Shown here one piece after another: positions 35,576-48,049 of a stretch of 64,000 nt of DNA. Positions within the stretch are counted from its first letter, which is position 1, and each line of letters starts with the position of its first letter. Source of the DNA: Negaprion brevirostris. Its lineage: Eukaryota. The notes beneath the pieces were generated by a model. That model was not told the DNA's origin. It did not search any database and saw only the letters and a list, made by a program, of their open reading frames with translations. The stretch spans positions 73,338,803 through 73,402,802 of the forward strand of contig JARDVH010000025.1 of the NCBI GenBank assembly GCA_030324005.1, read 5' to 3'. Made by a program: the position numbers and the translations under genes.

Positions 35576-38500
35576 GTTGCTGCTTCTCAAAGTTCAGCCA
35601 GCTAAATTTACCCTTTTTTCACTTCAACATTTTTTGTATGCATATTTGCAGTTAATTTATATGACCCCATTAGGCTGTTAAATTTACTAAAATCCTGATA
35701 ATTCATAACCATTTAACACTGAGTCCTTCCAAAAAAAGTCCAATGTAGTTTAACAAATCACTATGAATTAAGATACACTTGTGATTGTAATGATGAGGCA
35801 AAAGCTCTCTCATGGAGATTGCAGGAGAACAGTCAGGTCCCATCTTCCCCATGCTGTCACTGCAAGAGGTCCTGACATACACTGATGTTGATTTGATTAA
35901 CCATGTTGGGTATTGTTTAATAATAACAATCTTCAGATGTTAATTTTGTGACAATAGTATTTTAGAAGCTGTCATGGGACGTGGTATGAAAGAGTTAGCT
36001 AAATTTTCTTTTTACACACTGATATTAAGTGGGGAAATATCGATCTCTACAATGCAGATTGTTACATGATAGTTCAAAATCTTATTTAATTGCAGTAAAG
36101 CACCATATTAGAATATAATGTTGGAATTGCATGAAAAATAGATGACAGCATATTTTTACATGTCAAAAAAAATGCTGTCAGTACCTTGATGTGTTTTGTG
36201 AAGTATCTGAATCAGTCACTGTGGCTTGAATAAATAGAAATTCTTTTTAGTTAAAAATGCAGTCAGAACATTTAAGTGTAAAGAAGGAAAAACCTTCAGG
36301 TTACAATGTGGTAACCTTTGTGGCACTCTCCTAGTTCTAAACAATTTGGATGGTTTCTTTTTCAACTTATTGTGTATATGAAATATTTATGAATGGGTTT
36401 TGGGAACATGAAGGCTGTAATTTTTGTCTTCTCTTTGTTGACAATTTTCCCGATTGCCTTTCCCCTCCTTCCTGGGATATAATCCCACAGATAGTTGCCA
36501 CTGACCAGCTCAAATGACTACCGTTTGTGTTGAGCCTAAGCAATGCCTGTTGGCTCTTAAACTCTACATAGGATAGTTAGGGAAGATTGCTGCCAAATCC
36601 AAAATTATCTGTCATTTGTTGTGCACATTTCTAGCTGATGATTAGGAATATGAACCCTGGTTGATTTTATGTAATTCAGGGCACCGACACCATATTAATG
36701 TATCAAGTTGCCAACCCGGTTAAAATAGGTTAGCCTGCTGCAGACCAGAGTCAAGTTTCCTTCTTCCTGCTCTGTTTTCTCAGTAGTTGAATTTTCTCAA
36801 GAGTGTCGTTAAGAATGTAAAAATTCAAGAAAATTAAGGTATTGATTCCCGGAGCAAAGAGGAAGTGATGAGCAATATTTTTTGGGAAGAACTGTAGTGT
36901 ACTGAGAAAGTCTAGCAGATTCTGGCAGGAATAGTTGTATTCAGTTGCACACAAACTGAGCTGTAACTTAAGTCCTGATCAAGAATTCAAACAGAACTCT
37001 GCTCGATAGTTCTTTGCTGTGTTTGATCTGTGATTCAGTCGATGACGCTATGGTAATGTTTTTGGTCTAGTTCTTGAAAAAACCCATTAATTCTTCTTGT
37101 CTCTGCTGTGAACTATGTGTATGTGATATTGAAAAACAGTCAAACTAGTCATTCATTACATGAGGATGGATAAAAATTCGAAATGTGGATGCCAAGTTTA
37201 AACTTAGCTGGGCTGTGCAATTTGCAAACTGCAGAGCTGGAACAGACAATATTCATGTAGCCAGGCTTTGGACAATCAACTTTCTGTTGAAACCAGGCAG
37301 ACCTGGAACTGCCTGGCCAGATGCTGACGGCCGCATTGTTTCAGAATGAACCATTGTTTGCACCTCCAGTGAATCTACTTTGTTAGAAGAATGCTACACA
37401 CACTTGGTGGCACCCAACCTAGTGGGAGGCCAGAGACAGCATTAGACAATTGTAGGTTCAAAACCATGTTCTTTGGCCTCCAAATCTGGAAAGTAGTCTT
37501 CTCATTGGATCTTCCTGCCCCTGTCCGAAGATCGTATTGGACACAGGCCACAGAATCTTAGAGAAGGGTGCGAAGATGGCAATACAAGGGACAATCTGGT
37601 GCCACAGCATTCTCTGCTTTTGCACTTTCTTCAACAGCATTTACAGAGAGCACCTTTGACAGGCAATCAAGCAGCGCAGCACCTTCAACTCCTTGTACCT
37701 TGTGGCGAGCATCATCAGACTAACCACATCCACAAGACCACAGCAGTGAGACAACCTGAAGACCAGAACCAGCCCAAGACAAGAAAGGAAGAACAAAGTA
37801 ATGCCTGCAGATCTTGAAACATCAGCCAACCCACAAAGATCAAGGATGGATGTTACCAATCCTTTCAGACCATTTAAATGCAGTGACAGGAACCTGTGAA
37901 TAGTGTGCAGTNNNNNNNNNNNAGCAGATGTTAGAAGTAGATAGTGTAGATTTGTGACTGTTTACTGAAGAGTCCTGTGAAGAGATTGATAGAGTTTAAT
38001 TGAAGTACTATAGTCAAGTGTGATAAATATTGCTTTTCCTTGATAAAGTGCTCAGTAAAGTTATGTTGGACCTTCACTTGACTCATGTCACCTTTGTATA
38101 TCTGACTGCGTAACGCGCCTGGGTTAAAAAGGGTGATTGCAAACTGGTTAAGGCTAGTCAGGGTATACTTACCCACCTTTCACTTTGTCAGGTGGGTTCA
38201 GAATGGCTTCTATATTTGCCAACATCGCTCCTTGTGGAAGTAGTGTATTGAAACATTTTGCATGACACACTTCTAAAATGCAAATATTTTAGATTCGGTG
38301 ACAAAAGTGACTGTGAATCATTAATTGCAGTTAGTGAATCAAGTTCAGATTCAGTGGGAACAAGTTTGTTTGCAACTTCTAGCATTGGCAAATATTTCAA
38401 GACTGGAGAGAGCACAGAAGAGTTTTACATGAACGTTACGAGGCATGAGAGACTGAGTTATGTGGAGACAAGACAATCTGAACGGTTCTAAAGAATAGAG

Positions 38501-38914
38501 AAGGTCAATGAGACATTTACTTGAGCTGTTCAGAATTATGAAGGGTTTTTGATGTAGTAAATAAGGAGAAATTCCACTTGGCAGGAAGGAACAGGACAAA
38601 AAAATTAACTTAATTGGGAATAAAACATGAAGGCTTGGGATGTGTTAAGATCCATTTACCATTGAGGACATTCAATTTCCTTAAGTCACTAATGTTAAAA
38701 AGAAAGGTGGAAGTAGTAAATGAGACGACCAGATATTGATAGAGAATACTTTATGGTATCACCTAGGATGTCTTGTTGAAAACAGTCAGGTCAAGACCAC
38801 TCTGGTGGTTATGCGGATATCTCCTTATCTCCTTTTAACTACATTTATTAGGGGAATTGAAAATTGTACAAAGTTAACTTTCTTTCAGATAGTGGATTTT
38901 CTTTGTTGCATGCA

Positions 38915-39290
38915 ATAAAAACTTGCATTTACCAAAGAATCTTTTCCATAATAGAACAGCCCAAGGCCCTCATAGGAGCTTTAGCAAATAAAATTTGACA
39001 ATGAGCTACAGAAGGCGATATTTGGACAGCTTACTGCTTGGTTAAAGAGGTAGGTTTTAAGGAGTGTCTTAAAGGAGGAGAGGGTGATAAAGAGGTGGAG
39101 AGGTTTAGGGAGGGAATTCCAGAGCTTAAGATAAAAGCAACTGAAAAGTGAGGTATAAGAAATGGGGATTGTACAGGAGCCCAGATTTACAGAATGCAGC
39201 ATGGGTATGGTGCAGCCATGGGAAGGAGCAAGGAAGAGGTTGAATTTGAAAACACCAATGAGAATTTTAAAATTCAGGCATTTCATTTTA
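38915..39290 (-). mobile_element. L2-type LINE 3' end
   Basis: Minus-strand ORF contains LKLWNSLPKPLHL..SLSSFKTLLKTYLFNQA-like sequence (LSSFKTLLKTYLFNQA), the L2 ORF2 C-terminus. Confidence 0.85.
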
Positions 39291-40904
39291 GGTTTGATTG
39301 ACAGTTTGTAGTATGGTGTACTGCTTTTTGACTGTCAATTTATTTTGATTAATACTTATAATCATCTCTAATGGTATTTGCAGGATGGACAGATTTTTGA
39401 AGAGTTTTTTGTTTTCCTCTTGATGTTACCACTGCTGTTCAATAACCTGAGTGACAAACATAATGATTCACAATCTGACCATATTATGTTTGCCACTATA
39501 AAGGTTGCTGTGGTTTACTTGAAGTTATTAGTGTCATTCCATTTGAGCGAATGGATGTGGGCTACATGGCATATTGTATATCTGAGTCTTCAAGGACAAT
39601 AATATTCTTATGTTTTGGATAAACTGGAACACCATTAAATGCAAGTGACTCCAACTTGTTTGTACCTGTTCTATCAACAGAATGATGTGGCTGTCAGCCC
39701 AACAAACTCTATTTGGGTCAACAGGCTGCTATAGAACAATTTCAATATGTATCACAATGTGTGCAGGACTTAGCAATGTTGTGTTAGCTGTTGCTGATGG
39801 ACCATGTTATTATGGGGATTCTGTAATGCAGAGCCAATACTGTGTGGATACTGATGGAATTGAATAACTTGGGGGGTCATCATATCATTTTCAAGCTAAA
39901 TCCATGCCCAAAGCATTATAAGTTCAGAGTACAAATCTTTATATAATCATGTAATAGTGAGCTTTTGCTAAGTTTGATACAGTGCTATATCCCTGCTATC
40001 CGGTGGAAAACTTTATATTACTGTCAGAAAGTAATCTGCTTTTCTTGTAATGGGAAACTTGTAAATGTTACAGTATAAACAAAATTGATTATCTATCATC
40101 AGAGCAGAACTGAAGTGAACTTTTTTTAACATCTGCTTTCTTTCTCATGTTTATTGTGCAAACTCATATTGTGCAATCTCGTAGTGAATGTTATTTATGG
40201 CACAGCCTCAGTGAAAGTGTGACATTCATTAGATATTATCCTATCTGGCATTATTTTTTAATGCATTCAGTACGGTCCTTCCAGAAACTCAGGTGACTTA
40301 GTTACCTAAAGCACAGCAAACTTTGGAACGCGAGAAAACATAAGTTGACCCATTGAAATTCATTGTTGCATTTCACACATTAATAATGCTTTTCGTGACA
40401 TTTAAATAATTGGAATCTTTTTACGCCTCCAATATCTTCTCACTGACTTCAAGTATCGTTTTCTTAACGTTGATTCCAGACTTAGTTTTCACTTAATTCC
40501 ATGTCTTCTAGTTTTACACATTTGGGCAGAGTTAAATTATGCACCAAGAAGTAAGCTGGGAGATGGAGTGACCTCTATACACAGACAGGAATGTGTGAGA
40601 TGGGGAGCCCATCACCTTCCTGATTTCATCCCTACTCCAGTGGGCATGCCAAATTCTCCCTCATTTTACCTGAACAGGCACCAGAGTGTGGTGACTAGGG
40701 GAGTTTCACAGTAACTTCATTGCAGTGTTAATGTAAGCCTACTTGTAATAAAAATACATAAATTTTAAACTTTAAATCAGGGGAGGAAACGATCAAGAAG
40801 AACCTTCCTGCCCAGCAGCCAATAGAAGCCATTAAATGGCCACTTAAGGGCCTCATCCTGCCACAGCTGATTTTGAACCTTCGCTGGGTGGAGGCCATGC
40901 CATG

Positions 40905-41180
40905 TACATAAGAACATAAGAAATAAGAGCAGGAGTAGGCCATCTAGCCCTTCGAGCCTGCCCCGCCATTCACTAAGATCCTGGCTGATCTGAAGTGAAT
41001 CNNNNNNNNNNNNNNNNNNNNNNNNNNNNNNNNNNNNNNNNNNNNNNNNNNNNNNNNNNNNNNNNNNNNNNNNNNNNNNNNNNNNNNNNNNNNNNNNNNN
41101 NCCCTCTGCACCATAGCATGCTGCAGCTTTTCGCCTTTTAAATAATAATCCCTCCTACTATTATTTCTGCCAAAGTGGGC
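40905..41180 (-). mobile_element. CR1 LINE 3' fragment (N-run inside), inserted in a GC-rich DNA-element relic
   Basis: (CATAAGAA)n tail, GAGCAGGAGTAGGCCAT..GAGCCTGCCCCGCCATTCA; YYLKGEKLQHAMVQR on the minus strand. Confidence 0.85.
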
Positions 41181-42240
41181 AACCTGCCAAAATGCTGGCA
41201 AGTATGCCTGCTGCCTGTTGGGCTCTTTTTCCTTCTTGGATAACCTGTGCCCAATGAGTTGCCGAAGTGTGAAGGTGCTTACCTACCTGTAAAACTATAA
41301 TCCCATTTTACCTGCCCTCTTCTTATCAGTGGGACTCCCTGGTGACCCCAGCAATCCTGCCCACGCTCCAGATTCGCACCCTGCATCCTCATCTTCCTAC
41401 AAAATCGGCAAGGACTCCTGACATCAACCTGACTGACACTAAATCGAGATGGGTGGAAGTTAGGAATTTCACCAGTAGAGTCTCTTCAGCCAGTGAACTG
41501 CCATGAGCATTAAATTCCACTTTTGGTGTCCTTTGAAGTCATGATATGATTTTTCCCACCTGTCTGATGATATTCATCAAGGTTCTATCAGGTCTTTACA
41601 TGAGATTGTAAAGAAAAACATTACCTATTGCTGGGGTATGCAATTTTAAAATCAAGAACAAGAATTAATTATATTTTATTCACTAGGCACATAATCTTCA
41701 AAATAATTTGTATTCTGATAAAAGTTGACACAACAACTCCATGGGCTAATGAAAAGTAGAAGCATATAATTATCAATGTTGGTCATGTCAGTTGCAATAG
41801 TTTTTAATAAATCTAAAATCTGAAAGTTATCGCATCTGTTTAATTGCTAGTGAGATCTGTCACAGCCCATTTGGGTGGGGACTGTTCAAAGCAACTTAGT
41901 TTACACTTTGATCATTTTATGTGCATTCAGCAATCATGTTTAGTAGAGTTATGGAAATTTAGACAGCTTGCCTTTTGGATCAAAATACATGTGAAATCTG
42001 TTATCAGTTGTGTGGCTATCATATTGCATGTTTGATGTGCAAATACCTGAGAAATGGGTGAGGGATTGAGAAACCTTACAATAGCTCCAAAGTGGATGGC
42101 ATTGAGTTGACTCTACCCAGCTTGAAGACTAAGTCACAGAGCTGCTGGCAAGTCACTGTTCTACCTCTGAGAGATGGGCAGTGCATGCAGCTGGTTTGTA
42201 GGTGTACATCTGTACTATTACCATGGCAACCATATGAAAC

Positions 42241-42610
42241 CACAGAGAGAAGTCTCAATACACCAGGTTAAAGTTCAACAGGTTTATTTGGCAGCACAAG
42301 CTTTTGGAGTGCTGCTCCTTCATCAGGTGAGTGAGGAGTTGTGTTCACAAACAGGGCATATAGAGACACAAACTCAATTTACAAGATAATGATTGGAATG
42401 CGAGTCTTTACAGGTAATCAAGTCGTAAAGTTACAGACAATGTGAGTGGAGAGAGGGCCAAACATAAGTTAAAGAAATGTGTGAACCTCTTGATGAAGGA
42501 GCAGCGCTCTGAAAGCTTGTGTTGCCAGATAAACCTGTTGGACTTTAACCTGGTATTGTGAGAATTCTTACTGTGCTTATCCCAGTCCAACACCGGCATC
42601 TTCACATCAT
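42241..42610. mobile_element. Penelope-derived element with about 85-bp inverted arms, each containing a hammerhead-ribozyme-like core
   Basis: 42241-42325 is the reverse complement of 42491-42575 (about 85% identity by eye); cores (C/T)TGATGA-A-GGAGC-agc-(G/A)CTC(C/T)-(G/A)AAA. Confidence 0.85.
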
Positions 42611-42909
42611 AGAAATCATAGAGATCCAGAGATGTTTTGGTGCCTGTACTTTTTACTTTCATGAAAAGAAAACATTTGTCTCTATGTGCTGTTAGAATTG
42701 TAGAATGACCTAAAAAAGCAGTTAGGGTTAGCTGAAAATATCTGTAACATGCAGTCTCCATAAAAAATGCCATGTGATGTTTATTTAGTTTAATGATTCT
42801 TTGACCATTAGCAGAACTAGAAAACCAAGCAAATCCATTAGCTGTTTTGAAGTTTATGTTATCCACTTTCAGAAGGGAGGCGGTCAAGAAACATTATTGA
42901 AGAAATGAT

Positions 42910-43480
42910 TATGGGCAAAATTCTATGAGAATGATTAAGTGTTCAACTACTGTGAGAAAGTGGGAGAGTTGCAGATCAATTTTTTGGGTGAGTTTTTACA
43001 CCCAATATTGTGCACATTGTGCATAAAAAATTAGCTAGGCCGTTTCTAGTTGCTACAGGCAGTGGATGGGGCTTAATTCGCCAGCCAGCAGCACAGGGAA
43101 CTATTGCGCATGTGCAGACCTCTGCTGCTCATGTTCAGTAGCAACAGCAGAGATCTGACAGTGGGAGATAAAGCTGCCAGGCCTCTGCTGTTGCAGCCAG
43201 CCTCAACCAACAACCCCCACCTGCAATCGCACGGGCCATAGCTGATCATAAGCTCCACAACTTACGGAAGTGTAACCCCTGCTGCCCCCTGTCACCCAGC
43301 CGGATCACACCCCCTCACCCTCACTGATTGCAGGCAGAGTGGCAGTGAGCCCCTCCCCTCACCCTACCAATCAGAGCTGCAGAGTGGCAGCAGAGGATCT
43401 CCCTCCCTCACCCCATCGATCAGAATGGCAGAGGGGATTGTGAACAACAGGAGTTGATTTTGTATTGGTAATTCCCTGTC
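42910..43480. mobile_element. GC-rich non-autonomous DNA-transposon relic
   Basis: Similar to 25860-26050; internal repeats of CCCCCTCACCC..GATC..GCAGAG. Confidence 0.5.
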
Positions 43481-44549
43481 AATGTGGCAGTCCTTGAGCC
43501 AGATAGTTCTGTAAATAGCCGTAATAAGGAAAACAGAATAATTTTTAAGCAATGAGAAAATCTGTTATTCTGCTAGCTTGGAGTTGTAAATATGGAAATT
43601 GCTCTGAGAGATGTTGGGATTGTAATGGAAATACATTGAAAATGTCTTATTTTATGCCTTGGAGCAGTTGATTTTAGTTTATGAAGTAATCACTTTATGG
43701 TAAGCATGATCTCAACGCCAAGGCAAATAATTTTTTTTTTAAAAAGCAATTTAAAAGGACTGGAGAGTTTTCAGTAATTGCTCCAACATGCGTCATGTTA
43801 GTTTGGCCTATTTTGAGGAGAAAGAGCTGTGTCTGTTGAGTGGATTGCTGAAGTTGATGAAGTAAGTTTATTAATTTAATAATTCTACAAGTTGCAGTGC
43901 ATTTTTAGGTAGTAATGTACGAGTAGTAGTAGTAAAGAAGACACAGCCTCAGCATGAGGACACCAAAAAGAATCATATTTTGCTCTTATTGACTTTGTTA
44001 TCTTGCTCTCCAAAGTTCCTTCGTCTGTCAAGTGCTCCTGTTGATGCACTGTGGGATTTTAACAGTGCAGTTGAGTATACATTAGCCAAAGCAAATAGAA
44101 TGATTTATTGACACTATTGGTCAAAAAATGTTACCCTGAGATATGAGAGATGTCCTTGATAATTGCTGTTCCTCTGGATCATTATTTTTGGACATCTCTG
44201 TGCTGTAAGTAACCTTGCTTTTTGTCTTTTCGTATGGTAAACCTCATGAATCAGATGGTGAATCCCATACTTCTTCATAGGCACTCAGTTGAATTTACAG
44301 GGGTTTGGTATTGGTGAAACTGAGAGAGTGTATAAAGACCACTCTTTAATTCCAAATAAACAAGTGGTTTGGGGTAGCAGAGCCATATGCACTGGAAGTA
44401 CTAGCAAGGTAAGCTGTTGAATTCTTTTTTGTGTTATATAAACAGCTGTAGCACAAATGATTTTCTGTAATATTTAGTGTAACCTGGCCAAAGTTAACCT
44501 GTACTATCATCCTGCTCTTAACAAATTTGATGTTTTCCATCACAAAATC

Positions 44550-44680
44550 TGGCAAAACACTGCAACTCCTGGAAATCTGAAATGAACACAGAAAATGTTG
44601 GAATACTCAGCAGGTCAGGCAGCATCTGTACAGAGAGGAAAGTCAGGCTGACATATCAGGTCAACAATTTTTTTTCAGAA
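44550..44680 (-). mobile_element. Penelope pLTR fragment
   Basis: GGAAATCTGAAATGAACACAGAAAATGTTGGAATACTCAGCAGGTCAGGCAGCATCTGT, as at 5750-5890. Confidence 0.8.
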
Positions 44681-44689
44681 CCACATTTT

Positions 44690-45130
44690 ATCTATCATAT
44701 TTTATGTAGCAGCACATCCCAAGAACTTCAAGGATGCAGAGAGGAATAGACTGCAAGTGATAATAGGAAATCAAGAGGTGACCAATGTCTTGGTCAAAAC
44801 AATGGGTTTTCAGAAACATTTAAAGGCAGAGGGAGAGTAGAGAGGCAGAAGCATTTAGGAATGAAGTTGCAGAAAATAGAACTAAGAGAGCTGAAGACAA
44901 TGCTGCTAATGGAGGGAAACAAGTATGGAACTCAGTAGTTCAGAATTAGAGGGCAGGGGGTTGTGAGAGAGGACCTAAAGCTGGAAATGGGTGGAGAGAA
45001 AAGTTTTTTTGGTCAGGTCATGGAAGAATCTGTCAATGAGGATAAGTATTTTAAAATTAGATTCTATGGGACAGAGAACAGTGTAGCCCAACAAGGACAG
45101 GGTGAATGGGCCATGAAGCAAAACAAGATG
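44690..45130 (-). mobile_element. L2-type LINE 3' end, degenerate
   Basis: Similar to 15595-16020 and 38915-39290. Confidence 0.65.
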
Positions 45131-45954
45131 CTATTGTCAGTTTTAATTGCTTTTCTTCGGTATGCACAGAAAATATGCCTGTGACAGAGATTTCACTACT
45201 TTAACTACACCAAATGCATGCATTTTTTAAGAACATGCAAAACAAAAAAAAAGGCTATTTGGTGGCTTGATCATGCTCTGTCATTTANNNNNNNNTGGCT
45301 GTTCTGTTTGTGTTTGATATTCTACATTTCCATCTTCCCCGATAATTTTTGCCAAACAAGAAGCTATCTACCTGATTCATCTGCCCTAAAAATGTTCAAT
45401 AACACTGTCTCCACCGCCTTCTGAAGTAGAGAGTCCCAAAGTCACATAATCCTCTGAGGAAAAAAAATCTCATCTTTGTCCTAACCGAGCAACCCCTCAT
45501 TTTAAAACAGTACGCCACATGCAAAATGGGGGCAATTTTAACATTCCCTATTGGCCACAAATGGAGTGGCTTCATTCCTGACTAATTGCAATTTTAGCAC
45601 AGCTGGTTTCACCAGGTGATGGGATGCCCATTTGTTTGTAAAGGCTAATCAGAGTCCCAAGATGTCCTTAGCCACTGTAGCTTTCCCACCAGACTGAAGC
45701 AGATCAGCAGCTGGAGGGAATAACAAAGATTCAAGGTAAGTGTGAAACTTTGCCATTTAGGGAAGGGGCCCTGGATTCTCTTTCATGAGACCCTTCACAA
45801 AACAGCTCTTTATCTCCACCACTTCGCAGAGGATGACTGCCTTAATTTTAAAATGGTCATATCTCTTTTCAAATTCCTTTTTGCCTTTGCCCTGCACTGT
45901 CTCTATAATCACCTCCAGCTTCACAAGCCTCGGATATTCTCGGCTTGGATCACT

Positions 45955-46995
45955 ATTGTGGAATTTGCACGTTCTCTGTGTGGGTTTCCTCTGGGTGTTC
46001 TGGCTTTCTCCCACAGTCTAAAAGACATGCTGATTAGGTGCACTGGCTCCTGCTAAATTCTCTCTTAGTGTCCCTGAACAGGTGCTGGAGGGTGGAGATG
46101 AGGAGAATTTCACTGTAACTTATCACTGTGATGTTAGTGTATCTTTAAGAGATTTTTTTAAAAAAAATCATGTTCACGGCAGCTCTCATAGTCAGTGTTT
46201 CTCAGTTCATAGCCTTAGCTGATGTCGTTACGGCCCCTGTTTGACTGGAGATGTTCTTTTATTACTGCTTAAACGGGGGTTTGTTTATTTTTACTGGGAT
46301 GTTTATGACTCTGCATTATTAGGGAAAAGACTGGTTGGTAAGTAGGTGATAGGAGCGTTTTCATTTTCAGTTTGGAGTGGCAGTTAGAGTTGCGTTTTGG
46401 AAGGGGCATAAAGCTGAAAAAAAGTCTCTCTCTCTGGTTTTTGGAAATTCTACTGGTGAACTGACAGCAAGGTCTTGCCTTTCTGAAGGGGTGAATTGGC
46501 TGTTGGTGGCTTGCCTGGAGTCTCTGGTGTTTTGAAAGCTATTCTGACTTCAAACTGTTCTGAGCCTATCCAGAGAACTGCAGACTTTGTCGAAAGGTCT
46601 CAAGTCCAGTATCACATGAGCATTAGTCTATGCTGTATTAAACCAGTGAAAAGGGTCTATTGTCTGCAGGATTGATTTGATTGGAACACAAGATATATTT
46701 GTTAAGGATCATACATTATAATGGTTGTTCTGCTGGTTATAATTAATAAAAATCTTGCTAATTTTCTTACTATACATGTTAACTATTCTTAAATAAACTT
46801 CGTTTGATAAATGCTTCCTAGATGGCCATTTGAATCATACCTAAAGTGAAATATCTCATTCTTAGTCAAATTTAAGATGCAAAACTGATGATCCAAGCAG
46901 GCTGCAAAAAACACTTTGGAGTTTCTGACCTGAACCATAACAAACTTCATTGCAGTGTTAGTGTAAGTCTACTTGCGACATTAATAAATAAACTT
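45955..46995 (+). mobile_element. V-SINE split by an 822-bp insertion
   Basis: V-domain and tail run to CACTGTAACT (46120); the tail resumes AACTTCATTGCAGTGTTAGTGTAAG at 46943; an uninterrupted tail at 40700-40750 gives the comparison. Confidence 0.85.
46121..46942 (+). mobile_element. Probable solo LTR (Gypsy-like) with AACT target-site duplication
   Basis: AACT at 46117-46120 and 46943-46946; ends ..CCATAACA; starts TATCAC (possibly a mutated TG); AATAAA near 46745 and 46792; no ORF. Confidence 0.7.
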
Positions 46996-48049
46996 TAAAA
47001 ACTTTAAATAATTTGGGTCTGAAAAGCACAATCTGGAAGTGTGGTGAAGGCAGGTTCAATCAAGGCATTCAAGAGGGCATTAGATGATGATTTCTGTTCA
47101 AATAATGTGCAGAAATGGTGGAAAGGCAGGGTATTTACACCAAGTCATGATGCTTGTTTGCCTCTGATTTATTAATTTTAATCATTTCACTTTTGGTACC
47201 CTTGCCTCCAACTGCCTAGGCCCCACACTTTGGAATACCCTTCCTTTACCTCTCCGCCTGTCTACCTTAATTTCTGTCAGTAAGACACTCCTGAAAATAT
47301 ATCTCTCGGCTGACTTGCCCTGTAGCATTTAATAGCTGTTGGATCCTTAGTTGGTTTGAGGTGAGTGTTCAATCTCAATGGAGCATTAATTGTTCCCCAA
47401 TAATGGCCTTAATTAGCCCATGGATGAGCAGTCCATTCAACATCTCCCCCACCACTGGTAAAGTCTCAGCAGAAGTGGGTGGGTTTGCCATGGCACCCAA
47501 CTTTATGGTTCCCCGCTCTGACCTGCCATCCCATTCTAAGGGGCAGTTAATTCTATTCCCAATCATTATTGTGCCCCTTTACAATCATGTGGATAGATGT
47601 TGAGCAGGGAGTTTGGAGATGGCTGATGGATAGAATTTGGATCTACTTCAAATGGAAGGAGCAGGAAAACAAAAATTATATCAGATATGAGCATTTGGCA
47701 GAAGGATTGGCTTTTGGTGGTGGATTAGTGGTGCAGTATCGAGAATCAGGGAAACAATAGTTAAAACTGGGATGTGTGGCTGGAAAATATTACGCTATGT
47801 GAGGTTGAAGGTTTGGCTGTGTTGTCGCTGTTGTAATGTCACTGAACTGCTGGCAGTGTAGGATTTTGCTTTTCATCTTTGACAAGTTTATGAAACAATT
47901 AACTTCATACTAGTATTTAATTGTTTTATATTCTGTGTGTCTGCTTGCATCAATTCATTATAGTTTTGCTTTTGGATTAGTAGTTAGGAGCTTATGTACC
48001 ATATTAGGAGTGAACTCGCTGATTTAGTGCTGAGCAAATGTTGCATTGT

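Noticed and set aside
42408-42887. 159-aa minus-strand ORF
   Set aside because: Runs through the non-coding Penelope terminal repeat; chance frame
43802-43861. 60-nt exon candidate (LAYFEEKELCLLSGLLKLM), and a similar 57107-57173 candidate
   Set aside because: Poor acceptor or AT-rich low-complexity sequence; consistent with chance
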